From Candidatus Latescibacterota bacterium (lineage in GTDB: Bacteria; Latescibacterota; UBA2968), in the NCBI GenBank assembly GCA_965204375.1, contig OZ241986.1:5568001-5632000 (forward strand): DNA of 64,000 nt, in the 5' to 3' direction. Below are positions 48,944-56,526 of this stretch, piece by piece. A program made the translations under genes and the position numbers. How positions within the stretch are numbered: the stretch's first letter is position 1; every line of letters begins with the position of its first letter. The notes below the pieces were generated by a model that worked only from the letters and a program-made list of their open reading frames with translations, was not told where the DNA came from and did no database searches.

Positions 48944-50581
48944 TTAAAGGTTGAAGTGATCAGCGATTGCATCCAGTTTCTCGCTTACTTCTGGGTGAAT
49001 TTCCTCTTTTGTCATTTGCTCGGCAATTTGGTAGTAGTCGTTTTCTTGTACGTCTATTTCCGATTCCTGCATGATTTTGGAAAGAATATTCTTTGCCTTG
49101 GTATCTTGCAAATAATCCGATGGGCTGAAAGGATCTTCATACAATGCAGGAGGGAATTGCTGCCTCATATAATTATCTGCTCTGTCTGCTGCTTCTTGTC
49201 CGCTGACGCTTTTCACAAAACGTACGATAGATTTGGGATGAATAAGATAGCTTTCAATTTCGTAACGGCCCCAGTGCATCCGTGCCAATCCATTTTGTAA
49301 ATTTTTCGGGTCTGTATTGACCTCACGTCCATCGCTGTCACGCAATTCTATGCCAGGGATACCTTGTTGTACCAATTTCAATGCTTCAAAGTGTCTTTCC
49401 GCCTTTATGCCATCTACGTCTGGATGCGTCTGGTAAATGGTTGGCTTCCAAAAAGGTTTATCAAGAAATGAGAAGAGGGGATGAGCCAATTTTTCTGCCC
49501 AAACGCGCAGAATGGCGATGTCGGAGTGTCCTTCCACGTATAAGATTCCTGGTGCGGTGAGTGCTAAGGCGATATCTACATTGTCTAGCGCGGTGAGGGA
49601 AGTAATCAAGGCGACACGTTCCGATTTGTCAGCGGCAATTTGGGGTCGTCCATCCATCAAGACGCATAAACGCTGTGGAGCAACGGCGTTAATAAGTCGC
49701 TCTGAATGCGTGGCAATAATCAGTTGTGTTCCGTTTTGATGGGCATAGTCGCGCAAATCTCGATACATTTTGTCCTGTAACAAGATATGCAAATGTGCAT
49801 CAGGCTCGTCAATTAACAATACCGATGCTTCTTTCGCCAGTAAAGCAGAGTAAACCAATAAAACCTGTAGAAACCCACTTGCCGCACTGCTCAAGTCATA
49901 AGTTTGGCCTTGCTCCGAATGACGGTAAGGGGCGTATATTTCAGCACCGGCACTTGGAGATAATAACTCATAACCAAAAAAAGACTTGACGACTTCTTGC
50001 AACTTCTGCCATTTCTGGGCATCCTGGCTGACGGCAAGAAGGAGATTACGCAACACGCTACCCGCCTGCGCTCGTGCTAATCGAGCTGGGATAACTACGG
50101 GATCAAAAGGAGACTCTTTAATCTCCACACCTGAGAGGGGCGGGATATAAGTGGGAATGAGCGGATCATTGATATACCGCTCTAGATCATTTTCGCTCAC
50201 ATCCTTCGCAGGACGAATAACCGCCAACTCTGTCTCTTTATAGACGATCTCAAAGCCGATTTTCCATTGGTTCGTATGCAACCAGACAGATGCGGATTCT
50301 TGAACGTTCTTATCTTTCCAAAGATGGCCAAAGTCTGCCAGTGGAACCGAATGGAAGCTCAACAAGTTAAGGTTAATTGGGGGATAGTTCTCGTCTTCTT
50401 CTCGGGCCAGATCCGGGTTATTTTCCGACCACTGGAAGGCGATTTCCGACCAGGCAGCGATAGCCTGGAGAAGCGATGTCTTACCAGAGTTGTTTGGTCC
50501 GGCGATGACGAGATGGGCTGGAAGATCAAATTCCAGGTGCTCGAATTTTTTAAAGTTATTGATGAGGACTCTACGGATCAT
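48944..50581 (-). CDS. ABC/AAA ATPase + TOPRIM (OLD-like) protein
   Basis: GPNNSGKT, ASGFLQ, LLIDEPDAHLH, ATHS; TOPRIM YVEGHSD, RDSD, YEIESYL. Confidence 0.85.
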   Translation of the reverse strand: MIRRVLINNFKKFEHLEFDLPAHLVIAGPNNSGKTSLLQAIAAWSEIAFQWSENNPDLAREEDENYPPINLNLLSFHSVPLADFGHLWKDKNVQESASVWLHTNQWKIGFEIVYKETELAVIRPAKDVSENDLERYINDPLIPTYIPPLSGVEIKESPFDPVVIPARLARAQAGSVLRNLLLAVSQDAQKWQKLQEVVKSFFGYELLSPSAGAEIYAPYRHSEQGQTYDLSSAASGFLQVLLVYSALLAKEASVLLIDEPDAHLHILLQDKMYRDLRDYAHQNGTQLIIATHSERLINAVAPQRLCVLMDGRPQIAADKSERVALITSLTALDNVDIALALTAPGILYVEGHSDIAILRVWAEKLAHPLFSFLDKPFWKPTIYQTHPDVDGIKAERHFEALKLVQQGIPGIELRDSDGREVNTDPKNLQNGLARMHWGRYEIESYLIHPKSIVRFVKSVSGQEAADRADNYMRQQFPPALYEDPFSPSDYLQDTKAKNILSKIMQESEIDVQENDYYQIAEQMTKEEIHPEVSEKLDAIADHFNL

Positions 50582-50936
50582 GTTTGTTCACCTCTGGCAC
50601 AAAAAGTGGAGGGGCTTCGCTCCAGACAATGCACCCTTCTCGTAGCCAGTAATGACATCGACAGGGGAGCCCGGTCACATGAACCGAGGGTAATAGCGAA
50701 ATTCGTCCGTCCGAGTGTTCTTTTATGCGCCACTTTTTGACTACCTGGGGCGATACATCAAGGTGAATAATCTGTTGGCATGCTTGACGTGGACAAACAA
50801 TTGCCGCATAGAAGGGATGGTCACGCCCCCCAATGATATACACTGTATTTTTCTCAGTGTTTTCCGGTAAATCCTCTACCCACTTTGTGCGGTAAGGATG
50901 GAAACGCGCCCACAAATTGAATAACCATCTAATCAT
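50571..50936 (-). CDS. DUF6527 family protein (Bub-associated)
   Basis: CPRQAC, SLLPSV, CRCHYWLREG. Confidence 0.85.
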   Translation of the reverse strand: MIRWLFNLWARFHPYRTKWVEDLPENTEKNTVYIIGGRDHPFYAAIVCPRQACQQIIHLDVSPQVVKKWRIKEHSDGRISLLPSVHVTGLPCRCHYWLREGCIVWSEAPPLFVPEVNKHDP

Positions 50937-52320
50937 GACTAATGTTGTTTTTTACAAGCAAACTTCTGTCGCCTGTTCCCTTATATCGTTTTAGTAACGG
51001 ATGCGGAATGCCCGTGTCCATATCGTTTTCATAGCACCCATGCACCAGACGAAACCTTTGAGTTCCAAATTCGTAGTTGTCGTCAAAACGGTAGGTGTGA
51101 ATCCTGGCCATAAAATCATTAAAAGCCATGCACGCCGCTTGCATATTGACAGACATGACAGCGGGTTGTTCCTCGCCGACTGCCGCCAAATATCCGGCCA
51201 CGCGCTGTTCCTGGTAGTATGATGGGTCTTTTCTCTGCCAATTTTCCGCTGTTACCTGTTCCATTGTGTACGCGCCTCGCGAAAGCAAGCTTCCGCCTTC
51301 CGGGTGGATGTAATGAGACACAGCATCAGCAGAGGTAATGCCACCTTTGCCATCGGCGTCGATATCAACGCCTACATCAAAGTATGGGATCAAGTACGCA
51401 CTCGCCAGGCAATCCAAATGGTATCTGCCAAAGGCGGAATCCACACAACCAAAAATCACATCGCAATCCACCAAAGCCTCTACAACATCCGGTGAGTCTG
51501 TTAATCCTTGGAGGGCTTTGACTTCTGTCTCCATTCCCATTGCCTGAATTGCCTGTTTAATTGCCAATACTTTCGGCTGTTTCTTACTCGCAGCGTTCAT
51601 TGTGCTGTTGATAATGCGGTTCAGATTTTTCTCTTCTAAAATATCGTTATCCACTATTACCAACTCTCCTACACAATTGCGGACGAGAAGTTCTATTATG
51701 ATGCTACCAGTGCCTGAGCAGCCGATAACTCCCACCCTCATATTGTGCAACAACTCCAGCGTTCCTTTACCAAAGGTTTGTGACAGCTTACTCTGGTACG
51801 CAGTGTGTTTTCTTTTTTTGCTCTGCTTCCAGAGGCGGATATTGTTGCCGACTACGGAAACCGTCGCCAGGTTAGCGAACTTACCATGCGCGTCAACGGT
51901 GCGTGCATTGATTGCGCCATTCGACAACATGATTGCGGACCCATTTGGGCGATTGTCGTCAAACCAGTTACAAACCGAAGGAAATAACTCTCGATCGTTT
52001 AGATCATCAATTTCTGAAAATCGGCCGTATCCCTTAGGATGTGAATGAATGGTAACGATAGACTGACCGCATAGGTCTATTTCGCTAATTTTTTCTGGTG
52101 GAAGGTGATCGCCAAAAGGCCAGGAAACAAAGTTTTTCTTTCTCCTGGAATCACTATGCGGCAAAGATAAAACATCCGTGGCCAGAAGACGGTGGGACTG
52201 TTTTCCCGTTCCTTGATTACACAGTAAAATCGCGGCGGCTTCCAGTCCATCGCCGGGAAACAGATGCTTAAAAACAGCCTCATGGAGGCACTCAGTCATC
52301 GCCAGAATGGCGGAGTTCAT
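50929..52320 (-). CDS. JAB/JAMM peptidase - ThiF/E1 fusion
   Basis: HLFPGDGLEAAA, HSHPx6SxxD; GCSGTGS, NLNR, GCVDS, AGY, PAV.SVN. Confidence 0.92.
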   Translation of the reverse strand: MNSAILAMTECLHEAVFKHLFPGDGLEAAAILLCNQGTGKQSHRLLATDVLSLPHSDSRRKKNFVSWPFGDHLPPEKISEIDLCGQSIVTIHSHPKGYGRFSEIDDLNDRELFPSVCNWFDDNRPNGSAIMLSNGAINARTVDAHGKFANLATVSVVGNNIRLWKQSKKRKHTAYQSKLSQTFGKGTLELLHNMRVGVIGCSGTGSIIIELLVRNCVGELVIVDNDILEEKNLNRIINSTMNAASKKQPKVLAIKQAIQAMGMETEVKALQGLTDSPDVVEALVDCDVIFGCVDSAFGRYHLDCLASAYLIPYFDVGVDIDADGKGGITSADAVSHYIHPEGGSLLSRGAYTMEQVTAENWQRKDPSYYQEQRVAGYLAAVGEEQPAVMSVNMQAACMAFNDFMARIHTYRFDDNYEFGTQRFRLVHGCYENDMDTGIPHPLLKRYKGTGDRSLLVKNNISHD

Positions 52321-53423
52321 CACCCTATCGCACCTTTCATCTCATTTTTGACATACTCAATGTGCGTCACAAGGGTATCAATTCCCGGTCTCCACTGATA
52401 GTGACGCGACCATCGTTGCCAGGTCCGACCAAAATGGATTTCAGACGCCAGCGCACCTATTGTCCCGCCATTCGCTGTATTGAGTGGTGGGGCAAAATAG
52501 AACATGTCCAAAGCCGATCCGGGATAACCGCTTGGAATGAGTAACATCAGTGTAGATTTTTCTATCGTATAGCCGTTCGGGATAGGGAAATCCTCTATGA
52601 GCAAACCAAATTTTCCGTTACCTTCAGATATTTTTTTCCATTTGGATGGAAAATTCCCATCCAAATACTCAGTATCTTCCGGCAACAGGCCATAGAGGGC
52701 ACCTTGTTGCGCTTGTCGTCGAACGGTTTCAAAGCGCTCAATGCCAGGACAAGCCAGGTTGACCTTCTCATCGGCATCGATTTTTTCTCTTTTACCGCCG
52801 CGTAGTTTCTGGTTGAGCGACCATTCATCAAAGTTTTTCCCGGCCAAGGCCAAAATTTCGGTTCCTATGATATCCTCGGTGGCCACGGTGTACTTGTCTC
52901 CGTCTATGCGGATGCGATATTTTTTTCCTTTGGGTGGACGGCGTCCGTGCTTTCCACACTCCTCTATATCGATTGAATCATCGCCATTGATGATGGGAGG
53001 GATAACAAAATACGAGTCCTCATCCTGAATAACAATTGTTATATCATCCGCAATTTCCACATCCACGCCGTCTTCGATATCCGCAAACAGGCGTCCCTGA
53101 GGGAATTTATCATCTAGTTCTTTTAGTGCTTTACCGGTAACTTTTGCAGTCGGTAGAGCAATGCGGGAACCGTTGAACTCAGGCTGTATTTCATTCCGTA
53201 ATAGGGGATTATTCTCTATACAACTTTCTCCAACCACAAATTTTTCTCCGCCGTGGATGATCAGATATTCCTTTGGCAAAAGAGGAATGTCTATGCCGTC
53301 TTCACGGTTCAAAAAAAGTCGTTTTCCGTTGCAGTCGGCAAGTTCACAAAGAACGGTAACGGGAATAAATCCCGAATGGATGGGCTTTTCCTGCCCGTCA
53401 ATTTGGATAAAAAGTTGATTCAT
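52320..53423 (-). CDS. Multi-ubiquitin-like (about 3 beta-grasp) - prokaryotic E2 (family E) fusion
   Basis: ATG after AGGAG. Three IDG/FNG-led repeats, PGIERF...AQQG, then IPSGYP..ALDMFY and WQRWSRH. Confidence 0.9.
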   Translation of the reverse strand: MNQLFIQIDGQEKPIHSGFIPVTVLCELADCNGKRLFLNREDGIDIPLLPKEYLIIHGGEKFVVGESCIENNPLLRNEIQPEFNGSRIALPTAKVTGKALKELDDKFPQGRLFADIEDGVDVEIADDITIVIQDEDSYFVIPPIINGDDSIDIEECGKHGRRPPKGKKYRIRIDGDKYTVATEDIIGTEILALAGKNFDEWSLNQKLRGGKREKIDADEKVNLACPGIERFETVRRQAQQGALYGLLPEDTEYLDGNFPSKWKKISEGNGKFGLLIEDFPIPNGYTIEKSTLMLLIPSGYPGSALDMFYFAPPLNTANGGTIGALASEIHFGRTWQRWSRHYQWRPGIDTLVTHIEYVKNEMKGAIG

Positions 53424-53499
53424 GACTATAAACTCCTTATGTTCTTCAGTGATAGATGGTTTTTGATCTATCAAGATTGCTTGACATTTTACAATTTTC

Positions 53500-53538
53500 G
53501 TCACAATTTTCGTGACGATATGTCATAATTATTATGAC
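53500..53538. promoter_or_regulatory. Two 17-bp palindromic operators in the divergent promoter region
   Basis: GTCACAATTTTCGTGAC (53500) and GTCATAATTATTATGAC (53522), 22 bp apart. TTGACA at 53481. Confidence 0.75.
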
Positions 53539-53570
53539 GTTCTGTATCAATTTAAAGGATTTACATCACT

Positions 53571-53909
53571 ATGTCAACCCCTACTACTGGTATATTTCCC
53601 GATAATCTGAAAAAGATACGAGAAATCAAAGGATTAAGCCAGACTGAACTTGCAAAAAGATCTGGACTTCAGCCATCCGCAGTCTCACATTTTGAGACGG
53701 GTAGGCGGGCACCTTCCTTTGATAACTTAAAGCGTTTGGCAGACACGCTTGAGGTCACAACTGACTTTCTTATAGGTCGTGAAATTGATCCAACTACGTC
53801 TGGCCCGACCTTAGAAAGCATTTTCAGAAATGCTCAAGAAATGGCAGATGATGACCGTCAGAAATTGGCTGAGTTCGCGGAATTTCTTGCCAGCAAAAAG
53901 AAATCGTAG
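53571..53909 (+). CDS. Xre-family HTH repressor (CapH-like)
   Basis: LSQTELA, VSHFETGRRAPS, LADTL.V.TDFL.G. Confidence 0.9.
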   Translation: MSTPTTGIFPDNLKKIREIKGLSQTELAKRSGLQPSAVSHFETGRRAPSFDNLKRLADTLEVTTDFLIGREIDPTTSGPTLESIFRNAQEMADDDRQKLAEFAEFLASKKKS

Positions 53910-53924
53910 TGGTAGGAGTAAATT

Positions 53925-54773
53925 GTGAATCAAAGATACCGGTTATTGCAAGCAGAAGCTCATGCTGAAAATTTGGTGAAACAGCTTGGTATTGCATCGC
54001 TTCCTATCAACCCTATTGAGATTGCCGAGCAACATGAAATCAGGTGTAAGCCTGAAAAGATACAGGGATTTTCTGGTTGTTTGATAAAACGAGGAGACGT
54101 TTTCGGCATTCTTTATTCATCTAAATTCAACAATGAAGGGTTTATTCGATTTACTGTGGCACACGAATTAGGGCACTATTTCTTACCAGGCCATCCAGAA
54201 CTTCTATTTCCAACAGGTAATGGTACTCACTATTCTCACAACGGATTTACAGCCCGTGACTTTCACGAGCTTGAGGCCGACCACTTTGCCGCAGGGTTAC
54301 TCATGCCTCGACATTTGTTTGGAGTAGCACTGGGGCAAGAGACAATTCCCGGATTTTATGCAATTGAATCACTTTCCGAAAAATGTAAAACATCAATTAC
54401 TGCTACTGCTATCCGATATGCGACCTTTGCAGATTATCCCGTTGCTCTCATTGTAAGTTCCAATAATAGAGTTGAGTACTCGTTTATGTCTGACACGATG
54501 AAAACAAAAATTCGAGGAGCCTCGTGGCTGAAAAAAGGAGAGGGCATACCTCCACAAAGCCAAACCGCTGCATTCAATGAAGATCAAAACAACATTCTAT
54601 CGGGTGCAAAAGAGGAAAGTAGCTCCTACTTGGATGCCTGGTTTGCAGGAGCACAGTCGGAGGAAATCAATGAAGATGTGATTGGACTGGGTGGCTATGG
54701 AAAGACCCTGACGGTTCTATTTTCCGAAGAACCACTAACAGATGATAACGAATTAAATTTTGGAGATTATTGA
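53925..54773 (+). CDS. ImmA/IrrE metallopeptidase (CapP-like)
   Basis: RFTVAHELGH, E.EAD.FA..LLMP, plus C-terminal GAF-like extension. Confidence 0.9.
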   Translation: MNQRYRLLQAEAHAENLVKQLGIASLPINPIEIAEQHEIRCKPEKIQGFSGCLIKRGDVFGILYSSKFNNEGFIRFTVAHELGHYFLPGHPELLFPTGNGTHYSHNGFTARDFHELEADHFAAGLLMPRHLFGVALGQETIPGFYAIESLSEKCKTSITATAIRYATFADYPVALIVSSNNRVEYSFMSDTMKTKIRGASWLKKGEGIPPQSQTAAFNEDQNNILSGAKEESSSYLDAWFAGAQSEEINEDVIGLGGYGKTLTVLFSEEPLTDDNELNFGDY

Positions 54774-54864
54774 TTACAAACTAAGTGAATTTATTCATGA
54801 TTTGATTGCAGAATCGGGACAGGGAAAAGGCGTCTCAACTGATATACTCCGTGAAGGGGTAAAA

Positions 54865-55314
54865 ATGCGACAAACCATTGAGGCTACGATTGATGAACAG
54901 GGCAATGTGCGGTTATTACAGCCCATCCAGTTGTCAAAACCACGACGCGCTTATGTGACAATTCTCGCTGATGAGCGAGATATTCCTGAAACGGCATTGC
55001 TCAGTGAAGCCGCACTTGCCGAAGACTGGAATCGTCCAGAGGAAGACGCCGCTTGGTCACATCTACACCCTGCGCCTGTTCGCCTCGACTGGCGTCAAGT
55101 GCGCTCCGTTGTCGAGGCAGCCGCTTCCGAGTTGAATTGGAATGTTGAAATCTCTATTGATACTGCTGAAAACCTCATTGTCGTGGCTGTGCCAGAGGAC
55201 CAGGACGACTTGATGGTGGAGACTGAGTTTGATTTCTACGCATTGATTATGAATCAATTAGACCAAGATGTCTTTAAGACAATTAATTTCTTTTTCGTTT
55301 CGGATTCTGACTGA
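54865..55314 (+). CDS. Chimeric antitoxin-like protein
   Basis: EATIDEQGNVRLL...LSEAALAEDWNRPEEDAAW followed by an unrelated acidic tail. Confidence 0.6.
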   Translation: MRQTIEATIDEQGNVRLLQPIQLSKPRRAYVTILADERDIPETALLSEAALAEDWNRPEEDAAWSHLHPAPVRLDWRQVRSVVEAAASELNWNVEISIDTAENLIVVAVPEDQDDLMVETEFDFYALIMNQLDQDVFKTINFFFVSDSD

Positions 55315-55350
55315 CCGAACTTCGTTCATCGAAATTCAGGAGGACCGCCC

Positions 55351-55521
55351 ATGTCTAAGAACACATCAGAAGAAGGACCGAAGATATATGTAACCTCAAG
55401 GGGAGCAAGGTATGTCAAAGCAGATGAGGTGCTCAAGAGTCCCAAGGTGCGCAAAGCAATTGAAAAAATGGCGCAGATTCCCATTGAGCGGAAGTCATCT
55501 GGCACGTCTCCGAGTAAGTAA
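55351..55521 (+). CDS. 56-aa basic protein (not in ORF track)
   Basis: AGGAGG RBS; MSKNTSEEGPKIYVTSRGARYVKADEVLKSPKVRKAIEKMAQIPIERKSSGTSPSK. Confidence 0.65.
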   Translation: MSKNTSEEGPKIYVTSRGARYVKADEVLKSPKVRKAIEKMAQIPIERKSSGTSPSK

Positions 55522-55555
55522 AAAACCAGTGTAATCATTTTATGAGGAGGCCCCA

Positions 55556-56251
55556 TTGGGTCTTGGATTACTTCTTATCCCTACTCTCGGAGGATACTGG
55601 TTTTTGGCAAATCTGTACCTCGCGCGCTACAGTATGCTTCGGGATTCGGGTTACCATGTCTTATTTAAATCTGCTATCGCAGGTTGCTTTTTGGTTGTCG
55701 TTGCACGCTTGATCGTTGTTAGCCTTCTAAATCCCTATCTTCCCTATGTCGGCGAATTTTGGAAGTTCTATGTACCTTTCGATTATTCTGGTACGGTTGC
55801 ATTAAGCCTTCTGTTAGGGCCTCTGTTGCCGATAGTGATCAATCGGCTCTACGGCGCAGAAAAGGCGGCGCAACGGACGGCGATAAGTAATGGCGACCTC
55901 ATCGAACTTTTAATCAGTGAATCCATAGAACGTGAAGAGTTCGTTGAACTCTCGCTAAGAAGCCGGAAATCCTATATTGGTGTGGCTCTTGTGAGTGGAA
56001 TAGCAAGTCATGGAGAATCTGATATTGCACTTATCCCTGTAGCAAGCGGTTATCGAAAAGAAGACACCCACGAGTTAGAAATTACGACTAATTATGCTCC
56101 TGTGCTTTGGGAATTTCTTGAAAAACAAGGGTCAACGGGTCTGGTTTATGAGGATTTTCGGATTGTGATTCCCATGTCCGAAATTGTGTCCGCGCGCATC
56201 TTTGATCCTGATGTGTACGAATTATTTCAGCAAGAAGGATCATCCGAATAG
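55556..56251 (+). CDS. Membrane protein with soluble C-terminal domain, unknown function
   Basis: AGGAGG + TTG; about 3 TM; SRKSYIG, P..SGYR..DT, TTNY, IP.SEI.SAR.FD. Confidence 0.75.
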   Translation: MGLGLLLIPTLGGYWFLANLYLARYSMLRDSGYHVLFKSAIAGCFLVVVARLIVVSLLNPYLPYVGEFWKFYVPFDYSGTVALSLLLGPLLPIVINRLYGAEKAAQRTAISNGDLIELLISESIEREEFVELSLRSRKSYIGVALVSGIASHGESDIALIPVASGYRKEDTHELEITTNYAPVLWEFLEKQGSTGLVYEDFRIVIPMSEIVSARIFDPDVYELFQQEGSSE

Positions 56252-56269
56252 CCAGTAGAGGCGGCCTGT

Positions 56270-56506
56270 ATGAGCCATATCAAATTTCAGGTTCGTATTG
56301 AACAAAATGAGGACGGCGTTTTTGTGGCCGAAGTACCCGCGTTGCCTGGGTGTATTGTGCAGGGACAGACGCGAAGCGACGCCTTGTTAAATGCCGAAAA
56401 AGCGATTGAAGATCATGGTCTCGCGCAATTGATAAATGAAGTACAGGATGAAGAACGTCTTAATGGAGAAGATGCCTATAATTACTATAGATCGCTGAAA
56501 AGTTGA
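56270..56506 (+). CDS. HicB-like antitoxin N-domain fused to a short tail
   Basis: EDG.FVAEVPALPGC..QG.T..AL.N..KAI. Confidence 0.7.
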   Translation: MSHIKFQVRIEQNEDGVFVAEVPALPGCIVQGQTRSDALLNAEKAIEDHGLAQLINEVQDEERLNGEDAYNYYRSLKS

Positions 56507-56526
56507 ATATTTCCTGATCTCTTACA

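Noticed and set aside
50929-53423. CBASS Cap2/Cap3, Bil, or ThiF/MoeB sulfur-carrier interpretation
   Set aside because: No CD-NTase and no thiamine/Moco genes. The E2 lacks Cys and DUF6527 is present, which fits the Bub type better.
53571-54773. Prophage or ICE immunity module (ImmR/ImmA)
   Set aside because: No integrase, replication, conjugation or virion genes in the window.
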